The notes below the pieces were generated by a model, which saw nothing but the letters and a program-made list of their open reading frames with translations, searched no databases and was not told where the DNA came from. DNA of 64,000 nucleotides, from contig OX597824.1 in NCBI GenBank assembly GCA_951406725.2, positions 23,870,001-23,934,000 of the forward strand, given 5' to 3'. The position numbers and the translations under genes are program-made. Below, piece after piece: positions 12,875 through 27,788 of this stretch (positions are counted from its first letter, which is position 1; the number at the start of each line of letters is the position of its first letter). This DNA is from Octopus vulgaris. Lineage: Eukaryota.

Positions 12875-13091
12875 TGCGAGCGTGGCAGTGTGGTAAGAAT
12901 TTTTGCTTCCCAACCACATGGTTCCTGGTTCAATCCCACTGCATGGCACCTTAGGCGAGTGTCTTCTACTGTAGCCTCACTCCGGCCAATGTCTTCTTAG
13001 CGGATATGAGAGACAGAAACAAAAGGAAACCCGTCGTATGTGTGTGTATGTGTGTGTGTGTGTACGTGTGTGTGTGTACGTGTGTGTGTGT

Positions 13092-13127
<36 letters not shown>

Positions 13128-13333
13128 GGGGGGGGAGGTTGTTTGTACCCCACTCCGCCTGACAACCGATGTTGGCTTCTTCATGTCACGTAAATAAACG
13201 CTTCGGCAAGAAAGATGGATAGAATATGTGCCAGGCTTAAGAAAACTAAGCATTGGGGTTGATTCGTCCACCTAAAATTCTTCAAGGCACTGCCCCAGAA
13301 TGGTCGCAGTCTAATGATTGAAATAAGTAAAAA
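12875..13333 (+). mobile_element. SINE family A, diverged
   Basis: gtggcagtgtggtaag..ggttcaatccc..aatgattgaaataagtaaaa. Confidence 0.8.
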
Positions 13334-13373
13334 GTTGGAAGACATATACATGCATACACACGCATATAAACAC

Positions 13374-13413
<40 letters not shown>

Positions 13414-13464
13414 AGGCCCGTGGCTTAGTGGTTAGGGTGTCAGCATCATGATCGTAAGATTACC

Positions 13465-13507
13465 GTACGTTGACGAGAGGCAAAATCCTCGAAACTATAG
13501 TCCGTAC
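13465..13507 (+). ncRNA. Type I hammerhead ribozyme motif (C3U core variant)
   Basis: gtacg-TTGACGA-gagg caaaat cctc-GAAAC tata GTC-cgtac; 5-bp stem I, 4-bp stem II, GUC cleavage triplet. Confidence 0.7.
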
Positions 13508-13740
13508 GTATAACTTAGGTTTTCGAGAGGGGATGACCTCCCTTTGTGAATATCAGAAGGGTACAGAAAGTGTGTCTAAAGCGAGCTGGGGACGATGATC
13601 TCCTGGGGCTATAAGCTTCAGTAACCCCCCTCCCCTCCAGTGGCTAGCCACATTGAGATGGCTAGTACACTTTACGTTATATATATATATATATATTTAT
13701 ATATATAGTACCCTCGTGCAAATAAGTATGTATGTAGATA

Positions 13741-13899
13741 TATTCTTTTCTACTCTAGGCAAAGGGCCTGAAATTTTGGGGGAGGGAGCCAGTCAATTAG
13801 ATCGACCTCAGCGGAATTTGAACTCAGAGCGTAGTGGCAAACGAAATAGCGCAAAGCATTTCACTCGGTGTGCTAACGTTTCTGCCAGCTGGTCGCCTT
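13741..13899 (-). mobile_element. SINE family B' with internal deletion
   Basis: Tail ttttctactctaggc..cctgaaatttt and head gcatttc..ctgccagct..gcctt; the body is lost between two tcgacc motifs. Confidence 0.75.
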
Positions 13900-14340
13900 A
13901 GGTGTGTACATATGTGATATGCTTTTCATTCATACGTATATATGTAATGGTTTGAGACCTCACTCACTACTTCAGGGAGTGAAGACGATTCTTGACGGGG
14001 TTACTAGCTCAGATTTTTTTTTTAATACTATTTGATATTGGCAATGGTTACAGAAGCCCAAATATGGTTAAATGTACTGTAGTGTGAGACAAAATCTAAG
14101 GAGTAAGCTCTAACGCAGTCTAATGTTTAAGTCAACAGTACTCGGATAACTACTGCTCTGCAAATGATGCCACACACACACACACACACCCACACACACA
14201 CTCAGACACACACACATACACACACACATATCCAAGAGTAGATAAAATCCAGGCTACATATGTTCCGTAGCTAGCAGGATCTCAGAAGTAGTAATTCGCT
14301 AGCTACTCATCGAGCCAGAGATACTTTAGTCAAATGAAAG

Positions 14341-15287
14341 CGAAATGTTTTTTTTTTCCCACGAGAGTTCCGGATCCCAGTGATGAACTCATTTGCATAC
14401 AGCCAATCAGAGCTCAACTAGCAAACAAATTTAAGAGCGCATAACAAGTGATGGGCGATAAGATAAAGTCACTGGGGTAAGGAATGACCATGCTTCTTTT
14501 CTCTTTTAAGAATGCTTGTTGTTCTTGTTTTGTGGAGGCGCAATGGCCCAGTGGTTAGGGCAGGGGACTCGCGGTCATAGGATCGCGGTTTCGATTCCCA
14601 GACCGGGCGTTGTGAGTGTTTATTGAGCGAAAACACCTAAAAGCTCCACGAGGCTCCGGCAGGGGATGGTGGTGATCCCTGCTGTACTCTTTCACCACAA
14701 CTTTCTCTCACTCTTACTTCCTGTTTCTGTTGCACATGTATTTCAAGGGGCCGGCCTTGTCACTCTCTGTGTCACGCTGAATATCCCCGAGAACTACGTT
14801 AAGGGTGCACGTGTCTGTGGAGTGCTCAGCCACTTACACGTTAATTTCACGAGCAGGCTGTTCCGTTGATTCGGATCAACCGGAAACCTCATCGTCGTAA
14901 CCGACGGAGTGCTTAAGAAGATGTTCTTGTTTCAAACATGTCTGTCTCTGCGTAGTTATTTGTGTTGTTGTTTACTTTGTAAAACAGTAAGGGAAGAGGG
15001 TTGCTAGCGCTCCACCCTCTACCCACATTTTCCCCGTCCACATCTTTACCATATGGGGCCCTAACAAAATCCGATAATAGGTATAGATGCATATCTATCT
15101 AATAACTTGTCTCCTAAAACCAGGTATAACTTGGCAATCGGTTGACTTACAACACCGTTCTTCGTCTTGAGTTTACTTGGTAGAGTGTGTTTCTTAGCTT
15201 GACATCAAGGTCAAGGTAAGCTCTGATTGGCTGTATGCAAATGTGTTTATTACTGGGGTCCGGAACTCTCGTGGGAAAAACATTTCG
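14341..15287. mobile_element. MITE-like element with ~75-bp inverted repeats, interrupted by SINE C; may extend to 14266-15312
   Basis: cgaaatgttt..cccacgagagttccgga.cccagt..atttgcatacagccaatcagagct (14341-14413) is inverted at 15219-15287; outer cgtagctag/ctagctacg. Confidence 0.75.
14531..14921 (+). mobile_element. tRNA(Arg-like)-derived SINE family C, full length
   Basis: gtggaggcgcaatggcccagtggttagg..gactcgcgg..gtttcgattccc; 11-bp TSD tgttcttgttt (14520-30, 14922-32). Confidence 0.9.
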
Positions 15288-15373
15288 CCGGATAGTACAC
15301 ACTCTAGCTACGCTAGTGTTTCTGAGTGAATTTGAAAGATGGAATCTGTACGAATGCCCACTATGTATATTAA

Positions 15374-15676
15374 CTAGCAGTATCGCCCGGCGTTGCTCGG
15401 GTTTGTAAGGGAAATAACTATATAAGCATTTTCAGAGAGTTACTTCCATTATATAATAGCAAAAGAATGCATTAAAAATGGGATAAAATTATGGTAAATT
15501 TTTTTTTAAATCGTAGACTCATCGTAGACGCGTGCTAATACCCAGAAGAGCTCGATATGAATCACGACTATAAGATACCCGCTTCTGGTTAAACTGCACC
15601 GTAAAATGTGGGAGTAGTTAGGAATCTAAATCGTAGGAGACAGACACTCACACAACTTCGCTTTTATATATAAAGA
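15374..15676 (-). mobile_element. Non-autonomous Helitron
   Basis: Reverse complement begins A|TCtttatatataaaag and ends with hairpin cccgagcaacgccggg then CTAG|T; no TSD; same family as 28715-29217. Confidence 0.88.
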
Positions 15677-15902
15677 TATGCGTGTGCGTGTCTATGCATG
15701 AGCGTCCGTGCATGCATGTAAGTCTGTATGTCTGTCAGTCTGTATGTGTGTATATAAATGTGTATCGTAATCGTGTAAACAATGAAGAGTCTTAAAATAC
15801 AAAGTATATTCATTTGGCAGGTATACGAATATCATATAAATTAAAACATACATGCATGTGTGTGTGTGTGTGTGTGTGTGTGTACATGAATGTATGTGTC
15901 TG

Positions 15903-15953
<51 letters not shown>

Positions 15954-16339
15954 GTGCGTATGTGTATACATATATATATTTATACCTACATGTATATGTA
16001 TACATGTATGTATATATTGAAAGAGTGAGAGAATGAGAGGAGAGAGAGAGAGAGAGAGAGAATTTATGTGTAAGTGCAGAATATGAACGCAGACAGAACA
16101 TCACGTGACAACTAGGCCATGTTGAGACGGGGCAAAGACATATGTGTGTGGGTGTGTTGTTGTGAGTGTGTGTTTGTGCGTGTGTGTGCGTGTGTGCGTG
16201 TGTGCGTGTGTGTGTGTGTGTTTGTGCGTGTGTGTGCGTGTGTGCGTGTGAGGTCAGTTTGATTCCTGTCCAACACCATTTTTTCGTCTTGGTGCAATGC
16301 AGCTAGATTCTCTCATCTATTTTCCCAATTGCATTCAGA

Positions 16340-16346
16340 GTTGTTG

Positions 16347-16401
<55 letters not shown>

Positions 16402-16511
16402 CATTATTTTATTATCATTATTATTGTTGTTGTTTGCTGTTATTGTCATTATTATCATTAATATTATTATTGTTGTAATTGTTGTAGTTATTATTATCAT
16501 TATTATTATTA

Positions 16512-16581
<70 letters not shown>

Positions 16582-16613
16582 CATTATTATTATTATTATC
16601 ATTATTATTATTA

Positions 16614-16645
<32 letters not shown>

Positions 16646-16907
16646 TCTTACTGTTATTTTTATTGTTGTTACTATTGTTGTTGTTCATGTTGTTGTTGCT
16701 GTTACTCGTGTCGTCGTTGATGCTGCTGCTGCTGTTGCTGTTGCTGCTGCTGTTGTTGTTATAGTACTTTTCAAAAATTGAAAAACAACAAGTTATTATT
16801 AGTAAAAAGAAAAATCAGGAGACACTATTTGTCGATTCCCACGTGGCTAGTAAAAATCACTTTAATAATGATACTAAAAATTAATATTACGATTATTATT
16901 ATTATTA

Positions 16908-16959
<52 letters not shown>

Positions 16960-16982
16960 CATCATCATCATCATTATTATTA

Positions 16983-17028
<46 letters not shown>

Positions 17029-17365
17029 GTTATTATTATTATTATCATCATCATCATCATCATCATCATCAACATCATCATCATCATTGTTATTATCATT
17101 AAACTTAGATAAACATTATTATTATTGTTATTATTATTATTAACATCATCATCATCATCATTATTACTATTATTACTGTTGTTGTTATTATTCATATTAT
17201 TATTATTATTATTATTATTGTTGTTGTTATTATTATTGTTGATGTTGTTGTTATTATTATTATTATTATTGTTGTTGTTGTTGTTGTTGATATTATTAGT
17301 ATTGTTGTTGTTGTTGTTGTTGTTGTTGTTATTATTATTATTATAATTATTATTATTATAATCGT
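16340..17365. repeat. (ATT)n/(ATC)n/(GTT)n trinucleotide fields
   Basis: Seen directly. Confidence 0.95.
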
Positions 17366-17948
17366 TATTTTTTGGTGCTGTTGTTATCATCAATATAGTT
17401 GTTGTTTTAAACAGCAATAAAATGTACCGGAATCGCATGCTCAGGGGGTGCAACCACGCATTTGCTGGAAGTTAATAAGAATTAATTTCCAGTCACACAC
17501 ACCCACACACATACACACAGACGCGAAGACAAGCGACCACACTTAAACCCCCACACAGAGACGCACAATCACAAACAACCCACATACACGTACGCACGCA
17601 TGCGCTTAATCGCATGTATGCAAAGAAAAAAAAATTTTTGTTTGAAATTATTTGTAAAGATTCTTGACGTGGTACCATGGGATTCATAGTTATTGATATA
17701 TTTTGAGGGGTTCATTTTGCTAATAAACACACACCCGTAGTTTGCAATTAACTTCATCTCTGTAGTTAACGTTAATTGATTAATTAATTAATTAATTAAT
17801 TAAATTAATTAAATTAATTGAAGTCTGGTATTTGTTTGCTTCTAGGATGTAAGCTCTACAGTGCGTGTGTGTGTGTGCGTGTGTGTGAATATGTGTGTGT
17901 ATGTGTACGTGTGGGTGTGTTTTTGTGTGCGAGGGGGGAACTGTACCT

Positions 17949-18002
17949 ATTTCTTTACTACCCACAAGGGGCTAAACACAGAGGGGAGAAGCAAGGACAG
18001 AC
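17949..18002 (-). mobile_element. SINE B 3' tail only (severely 5'-truncated insertion)
   Basis: atttctttactacccacaaggggctaaacacagagggg flanked by direct repeat aactgtacct (17939-48, 18003-12). Confidence 0.85.
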
Positions 18003-18416
18003 AACTGTACCTGGAGAGTATTGTACGTACTTTTTGTTTCATATGAACATGTGTGGGTTTGTGTGTACGTGTGTGGGAATGTGTGTATGTGTCTTTTATC
18101 ACATTTTTTTTACCTGTTGTCATTCGGCTCTGCCATGCTGGAGCAGTTGCTTATTTTCTAAGTGTGGTGCAGATGCTATCGTTCTGTTTTGCCGATCTGC
18201 TAAGCTTTGGGCACGTAAACAAACCAACACCGTTTTCAAGCGGTGTGGCGCGGACAGTACAACTTATCATTCATATACAAACTTTCCGATGGGTTCATAT
18301 GAATTCAAAGTGCAACAGCGATGTCAAACCTTAGGTAAGTTTCCCATACTATACTCCCGGACTGACGAATACTTTCTGAGTAAATTTGGTAACCAGAAAC
18401 TAAATGGAATCCCGTC

Positions 18417-18473
<57 letters not shown>

Positions 18474-18499
18474 TCCCGGGTTGAGTCGGGGTTAACTAT

Positions 18500-18548
<49 letters not shown>

Positions 18549-18550
<2 letters not shown>

Positions 18551-18965
18551 CTCTTTACTATTTTACTCTTTTACTTGTTTCAGTCATTTTGACTGCGGCC
18601 ATGCTGGAGCACCGCCTTTAATCGAGCAACTCGACCCCGGACTTATTCTTTTGTAAGCCCAGTACTTATTCTATCGGTCTCTTTTGCCGAACCGCTAAGT
18701 AACGGAGATATAAACACACCAGCATCGGTTGTCAAGCAATGCTAGGGGGACAAACACAGACACACAAACATATACACACACACTTATATATATATACATA
18801 TATACGACAGGCTTCTTTCAGTTTCCGTCTACCAAATCCACTCACAAGGCATTGGTCGGCCCGGGGCTATAGCAGAAGACACTTGCCCAAGATGCCACGC
18901 AGTGGGACTGAACCCGGAACCATGTGGTTGGTTAGCAAGCTATTTACCACACAGCCACTCCTGCG

Positions 18966-18968
<3 letters not shown>
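18549..18968 (-). mobile_element. SINE family A, full length, young
   Basis: Nearly identical to 9787-10189; embedded in (TA)n. Confidence 0.92.
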
Positions 18969-19018
<50 letters not shown>

Positions 19019-19089
19019 CATATGGTATAGTTATAAACAGGGAAAATTTTAGCCATTTATCCGCAGACTGAAAAAAAAATTGATGAACA

Positions 19090-19132
19090 AACCGAATCGA
19101 CTTTCGAACCTAATTGGGTTCTCATCAGAGGC
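19090..19132 (-). ncRNA. Hammerhead-like motif with degenerate stems I and III
   Basis: Reverse complement CTGATGA-gaacc caatta ggttc-GAAA-gtcgattc. Confidence 0.5.
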
Positions 19133-19344
19133 GACTACAGCATTCAAATAGTCACCAGAGAAGCAAGTAGCCAAGCTGTTTATATACTCAACAAATGCAG
19201 CAGTTACTTTATGAAGGATTCACTAATTTACATTACCGAAAGTGTTTAACTCTATAAATACCAGTGTCCTATCAATGAATATCTTAGTCCACACAATATT
19301 CAAGGTATAACATAATAAATATGTAACATACGGTATGAATATAT

Positions 19345-19541
19345 ATTCTCTTATTCTTTTACTTGTTTCAATTATTTCACTAATGGCATGCTGGAGCAAT
19401 GCCTTTAGTCGAACAAATCGACCCCGAGACTTCTCTGTGGGTCTAGTACTTATTCTACCGATCCCTTTCGCCGAACAGCTAAATTATGGGGACGTAAGCA
19501 CACCAACATCGGATGTTAAGAGATAGTGGGGAACAAACATA

Positions 19542-19545
<4 letters not shown>
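19345..19545 (-). mobile_element. SINE family A, 3' half
   Basis: ttttacttgtttca..gcatgctggagca..aaatcgacccc. Confidence 0.8.
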
Positions 19546-19609
<64 letters not shown>

Positions 19610-19828
19610 CGAAACCGGTATGCTTTTAAATCTCTTTAACAATTCACAATAATGACTTTTATTACTTTTATTCCTACCCCAGTTCATCTCATTGCATATA
19701 TCTATCGTTACTTTTCATAGAAAGCGTTTACTTTTGGGATTTCCAATGTGTATTTTCGCTTGTTTTTCTTCTTACTTTCACCTTACATTTCCATGTGTAG
19801 TTTCTATTTTCTTTTTGTAACATATTTC

Positions 19829-19892
<64 letters not shown>

Positions 19893-19932
19893 GGTGAGAG
19901 AGAGAGTGGGAGAGAGAGCGAGAGAGGGAGAG

Positions 19933-20028
<96 letters not shown>

Positions 20029-20667
20029 GGATGGGTTTAAGAGACAATCACCCTGAAGCAACTTAGTTATCATTGAATGACATAATATCTGCAATTCTTA
20101 TTCTAAATCATATATATTGCATTATATAAACTACGCGCGTTTCATGACAACATATTCCTCGATATTGCTGATATAGTAAGTCTTGAAATAAAATACCATA
20201 TTAAAACGATTACATCGCCCAATCTTCGGGTCTAGATTATATGAATTTCTTTTGCTATTTATATCGTATATAAAGACATGACAAACTAAAATTATATTAC
20301 TAGAAGTTGTCGCAATAATTTTACTTTAGTAAATGAGGAACAGAAATGTGGAATAAAAATAGGAAAAAAAGAAATGTTAGAAAAAATTAAAAAACAGGAC
20401 AAGAAAACACAACGAAAGGAGCCTCCATCAGTTGTCGGCTGTCTATCTCCTCTTCTCTTCAATTAATATAAACAAGAGTTTGCAATGTTTCACCAAAAAA
20501 GGGGAATTATAATTGTCACTAAATTTGACTAGGGTCTTAGGAAACACCTACATTGCGAGTAATGAGAGCTAAACCACTCTGATGCTGTAGTTAACACACA
20601 TAAATGAAAACATATACACTAACAGGGACCATCATCGTCTGAAAAGTGTCGATCGAGAATTCTGAAT

Positions 20668-20712
20668 ACTAACGCGGCAGTTTCGGCAGTTTCCCTAGCC
20701 TCATCAGTTGAG
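20668..20712 (-). ncRNA. Hammerhead-like motif
   Basis: Reverse complement CTGATGA-ggc tagggaaact gcc-GAAAC tgccgc GTT. Confidence 0.45.
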
Positions 20713-20770
20713 ACCGCTTTACCGTTCGCCTTTTTCCAGACTCGTTTCGCTATTGATATTTATGTCTTCG

Positions 20771-20825
<55 letters not shown>

Positions 20826-20830
20826 TAGGG

Positions 20831-20905
<75 letters not shown>

Positions 20906-20977
20906 CAGATAGATAGATAGATAGATAGATAGATAGGTATAGATATAGATATACATATACATATACATATATGAATA

Positions 20978-21067
<90 letters not shown>

Positions 21068-21617
21068 AAATTTGAACATGTATGCATGTGTATGCATTAT
21101 GTATACAGGAATAAAGGCATTGACTGCAAATAAAGACGCGGTGTTCTTTTATAAGCGATAACTAGAACAGAAAGAGAAAGAGTAAACACATGTAAAATCT
21201 CAGTACAACAGATAACATCATAATACAATTAAATAATACACAGAGTATTACACCAGGCATTCTTTTGGAACAGATAAAGCCATACGTATGTTTGTATTAT
21301 GCATACATATATACATAGAAAGAAATGTAATACATTAATGCGTGTTTATAAATATATTTCGATATTTATTTGTTTATAGGTTAGGTTATTTATATAGCTA
21401 TATACTCTATAAGTGTATTGAAGTATGTACATCAGAAATAATATAACTGCATGCGTGTATGAGAGGTTGCATGCAAAAATGTGTCTCGTTATTGCTCTTC
21501 GTTCTTAATGTCAAATCACTTGATATGCTACACTCAAAATTGCGCGCGCACACTCATTTATGTTTTTACCAAAGTTCGCAGTTGCACACGGTCACGCACA
21601 GAGTAGGCTGCGCTCGC

Positions 21618-21675
<58 letters not shown>

Positions 21676-21916
21676 TTGAGCATGTATATATAGTATATAA
21701 TATATATATACGTGTATATATATATACATATATATAGATGTATACATACATACATACATTCATACATACGTTCATAAATTCATACATTCATACATACATA
21801 CATACATACATACATACATACATACATACATACCCATCCACACACCGACCATTTAATTATTCTTCTTTGTGAGTCAGTGATTTTTTATGAAATTGATCAA
21901 CAATATAAACTTTCTG

Positions 21917-22045
<129 letters not shown>

Positions 22046-22891
22046 GCAAAAGAGAGAGACACATAGACAGACAGACAGACAGACAGACAGAGACAGAAAA
22101 ATAAATATATATACATATTTGTATAATATATGTTTATATGTATATGTATAAACTCACATATATGTATTACATTTATATCTATGATATACATGTAAACATA
22201 TTATATATATATATATATATATATATACATACATACATATATATATATAGAAATATATACATACATATATATACAAATATATAGATATACACACAAACAC
22301 ACACACATACATATATATATATATGGGTGGGAGGAGGTATGCGTTTGTCAGTGTGAGCGCGCACGCGCGCGTATATAAAGTACTGTGCACTGATATATAT
22401 ATATAAACGCATTATCTAAATGCAGTCTATATATATTGTATGAGTTTGTGTTTGCTCATATATGATTGTGTATATATCTATATCTACACATATATATATA
22501 TATATATACATATATATATGTATATGTATATATATATATGCTTGTAAGTATGCATGTATATATAAGTGCGTGTGTCACTATATATATGTCTGTGTGTGTA
22601 TATCTATATGTATATACCAATATTTATATATATATATGTGCGTGTGTGTGTGTATGTGTGTATCTATATCTATATATCTATCTATCTATCTATATATATA
22701 TATATATATCATATACACATACACGCACACATACATACATCTTTTTGATTGGTTGTATCGTAAGCGCGCATGTGTGTGTGAATGTGTGTGTTATACACGT
22801 GACACGTGAAGAGAGAGTGAGTGAGAGAGAGAGTGTGAGAGAGAGAGAGAGAGAGAGAGACCATGATTCACACACACTTACACAAATACAC

Positions 22892-22948
<57 letters not shown>

Positions 22949-23426
22949 CACACGAACACACACATACATACACACAAACTGTCAAGCAAACAGAATTACA
23001 AAAAAAACCATTAGTACCTACACACACATACGCTTAAAAACTACATACATAACCCAACTCAGCTCTTTGATTCCAATAACAGAATCAATAGAGATCAAAG
23101 AGAAACGGTAACAATGCTGATAAAGATAAAATCTTTTTTTTCCTCCTTTGATTGAAATATTTCCCATCATGCTGTTCAGCCTCGCTTTCTTCTGAACTGC
23201 GATTTTTTAGGACACCTGTGTGGCGTTCGTTCTTGGGGTCTTGTCCTATTTATACATGCGTGTGCTTGCGTTTTCAAAGATGCATGCAAGTATCATGTGT
23301 GCATGCATGCATGCATGTATGTATGCGTGTATGTATCTATGTAAATATGTATGTATATATGTATGAATGAATGTATGTGTGTATATATATGTATGTACGT
23401 ATGTACGTCAATAGATATATATATTA

Positions 23427-23463
<37 letters not shown>

Positions 23464-23570
23464 GCATATACGTATACGTATATATATGTATATTTACATA
23501 TATATTTACATATATATATGTACATATATACATATATATGTATACGTATACATATATATACACATATAAC

Positions 23571-23601
<31 letters not shown>

Positions 23602-23651
23602 GTATGTATACGTATACATACACATATATACATATATATATATATATATAA

Positions 23652-23695
<44 letters not shown>

Positions 23696-24363
23696 TATAT
23701 ATACATACATATATATATATACATATGTATGTATGTATATAAGCATGCATGTATGCCTCTTTGTGTCTGTGTATGCGCATATGCAAACACGCCTCTGCCA
23801 AACGTAAGTATCTACATGTTTTTATGTGAACGTGTGTCTATGTTCCTCCGTGTCTTTGTGTGTGCCTGCACATGTGCGTGTGTTTGTGTCCGTCTGTGTA
23901 TATAACTATGGGCGTTTGCGTATAAACCTGTGTGTGTATGTGTGTGTGTGTATTTTAGCGTTTGTCTTGCATTTCTAATGACACCATTTATGCTATCATG
24001 TATCTGATGTCACTTTCCTTCTCTCTATCTCTGTACACAAATTGATACTCACCCACATAAACAAGAACACACACACTCTTACACACACAGAGAGAGATAT
24101 ACACACATTATATACAACAAACATATAGGAATCCTGATCGCTTTCTTTAGCAAACCACTCTTTGAGGTCACCAAGTCTATTGAGTTTGTTATACATACGC
24201 ACATATTTATGCGTAAACAATCATATAACCATGCAGGCATGGGCACGTGAACATACTTCCATATACGCGTGCATTCATACATACATGCATACATAGAAAC
24301 ATGCATACTTTCATATATATACATACGTAAGTACATGCATGCAAACATACGTACGTGCATGCA

Positions 24364-24431
<68 letters not shown>

Positions 24432-24549
24432 TGTATATATGTATGTTGCAAAATTGTTATGATATTTCGACGATGGATGACGGGGGAAGATCATGTCCGC
24501 ATCTTGAGTGCAATATTTCCATGTGTTCTTTTGTCGCGTTTTCCCCTGT

Positions 24550-24581
<32 letters not shown>

Positions 24582-24619
24582 GCACGCGCGCACACACACA
24601 CACGCACGCACAGGCAGAC

Positions 24620-25111
<492 letters not shown>

Positions 25112-25184
25112 ATGTTTATATACTGTGATCCTTTCAAAATAAATGTAGAATTCTTGCGTTCGATTGCACTTCCTTGCCGATGTT

Positions 25185-25573
25185 GTGTGGAAGCACTCCG
25201 TCGGTTACGACGATGAGGGTTCCGGTTGATCCGAATCAACGGAACAGCCTGCTCGTGAAATTAACGTGCAAGTGGCTGAGCACTCCACAGACACGTGCAC
25301 CCTTAACGTAGTTCTCGGGGATATTCAACGTGACACAGAGAGTGACAAGGCCGGCCCTTTGAAATACAGGTACAACAGAAACAGGAAGTAAGAGTGAGAG
25401 AAAGTTGTGGTGAAAGAGTACAGCAGGGATCACCACCATCCCCTGCCGGAGCCTCGTGGAGCTTTTAGGTGTTTTCGCTCAATAAACACTCACAACGTCC
25501 GGTCTGGGAATCGAAACCGCGATCCTACGACCGCGAGTCCGCTGCCCTAACCACTGGTCCATTGCGCCTCCAC
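25185..25573 (-). mobile_element. SINE family C, full length
   Basis: Reverse complement of the 14531 copy; 14-bp TSD tccttgccgatgtt (25171-84, 25574-87). Confidence 0.92.
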
Positions 25574-25644
25574 TCCTTGCCGATGTTATGAATATAATGA
25601 CTAGAGAATGTTGTTGAGAAACATTTCTTTTAACTCTTTTTTTT

Positions 25645-25875
25645 CTTTTACTCTTTTACTTGTTTCAGTGACTTGACTGCGACCATGCTGGGGCACCGCC
25701 TTTAGTGGAGTAAATCAACCCCAGGACTTATTCTTTGTAAACCCAGTACTTATTCCATCGGTAACTTTTGCCGAACCGCTAAGTTACGGGGACATAAAAC
25801 ATACCAGCATCGGTTGTCAAGCGATGTTGGGGAACAAATACAGACGCACAAACACACACATACACACACAAACAC
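25645..25875 (-). mobile_element. SINE family A, 3' half
   Basis: ttttactcttttacttgtttcagt..gccgaaccgctaagttacgggg. Confidence 0.85.
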
Positions 25876-25998
25876 ACGTTGTAGGACTGGTGTAGAGCAC
25901 CGAATACCGTTGCCCTAAACCTCCACACAACGATGTTAATGTGGAAACAATGTGGTTCGAATTCAGGAGTCGGCGAGCAATATCTCTACCGCCATATC

Positions 25999-26043
<45 letters not shown>

Positions 26044-26044
<1 letters not shown>

Positions 26045-27788
26045 TAGCATTATGACCCGTCGTTGCCGGGTCATAGTGTCAGTGCATGTATATATGTGTA
26101 TATATATGTGTACATATTACATGTACATCTATATATACACATCTGCACATAAAATACCAAATGCAAAGTTATATCTTGATATCGCTAGTGATAACAATAC
26201 TCAAAATATATAACAGACTCGAATTGTAGGCCCGTCTCTTGCAATTTCGATCAATTGTATCTTGTCCTCCCTCTTGTATAGAAGTGTGGCTACAATCCAG
26301 CCTACTTCTACTTCTGGGGGGACATTTTTGATTTTTATCCGGAACGTCCTACGTCCCAGATATAAAGGTAAAAATAAACTATTTCCACTTTGCAAGGTTC
26401 GAGTCGAGTACTCCCTTGCACGCTCCGTTGACTCGAACCTTGCTTCTATTGTGGCGAATTTACCGCCTCTGGTTAGATATCTTTCATAGTCGCACCAAGA
26501 CACTTTTCGAAGGTGCTTTCCTTCAGGTGTTCAAATCTTTTTTCTTTTCTCTACATTGTATACTTTATAGACTAAAGTCTTTTCTTTAATTTAATTTTTT
26601 ATTTCGTTTGGTGGTGTTATCCTAGATTCACCGTCTTTGTTAGTGATCAATCCGAAATAGGTTTGTATTTCTTCCATTTTAATTTCAATGAGTTTGCGCC
26701 CGCCGACGGCTGCAGCGAAATTAATTTTTGGACTTTCTTCTATCGAAGGCATTCGAGCAAAAATGCTTCCGTATAAACGGAAAATATTGAAAATATTGTC
26801 AATTTCCCCAAACAGCGACACAATTCAATTTTTAAACAATAACCAAAGCTCCGTCTCCCAAAGGGGGAGGGTTACAGTTTACAATTATTTAACAAATGCA
26901 ACACAACAACGTTTCACTTACGAAGAACCAACAAACGTGATATCAATAGTTAAACAGTAATAATAATAACAACAAACATTACGGTGAATCAAAAAGCAGT
27001 ACGCAGTTGAAGCTATAGTCCTTTATGTATAAGAAATAAACCAACAGCAGTACTCAGTAGAAGCGGCTGTTCGAGAAAACAGACATTACATACAGCAAAC
27101 TTCATATAGATACTTAATGCTAGCTAATTAGCAGATAATCTAATGTAAAAGCCGTGGTAAAGGGTATGTGCACAGCTCCATCTGGACTATTCCATTTCTG
27201 CACACTAATTTCATTTTTAATTTATTCCCATTCATGTGAAACCACTTATTCAAGTTCAAGTCATTGATGCAATTTTATAACAATTGCTATTTTTACTTTT
27301 GTTATGTTACGATTATATTATACTTTAGTTTGATTTTAATTATTACTTACTACATAAAATTCAATTGTTATTATTATCTCTAATCTTTATTGTTAAAGTG
27401 AAAGTATCTGACATAAAATAGAAAAGTATTTTTGTTTCAATTTTAACACGTAATACTGAAATAGTGGAGAAGATATGATATTGCTATGGGCTCGCCCTAG
27501 GCAAGAAGTTGAACATTTTTTTTGCCCATGAAACTACATGGACCCTAAGTAAGGCATGTGTAAAATTTGAATGAAATTGGTTGTGTAGTTCTCAAGTTTT
27601 AGGGAATCGTAGTGGAGAAAATATGATATTGCTGTGGGCTCGCCCTAGGCAAAAAGCTATATCTTTTTTACCGATGACACTCCCCGGACCCTAAGTAAGG
27701 CATGTGTAAAATTTGAATGAAACTGGTTGTGTAGTTCTCAAGTTTTAGGGAAACACTCAGACAGACAGACAGACACACATTCTCAGTT

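Noticed and set aside
14531-14606. Genuine tRNA genes (also 28272-28347 and the SINE A, B and D heads)
   Set aside because: A and B boxes are present, but I could not form a complete cloverleaf or acceptor stem, and they continue into repeat bodies.
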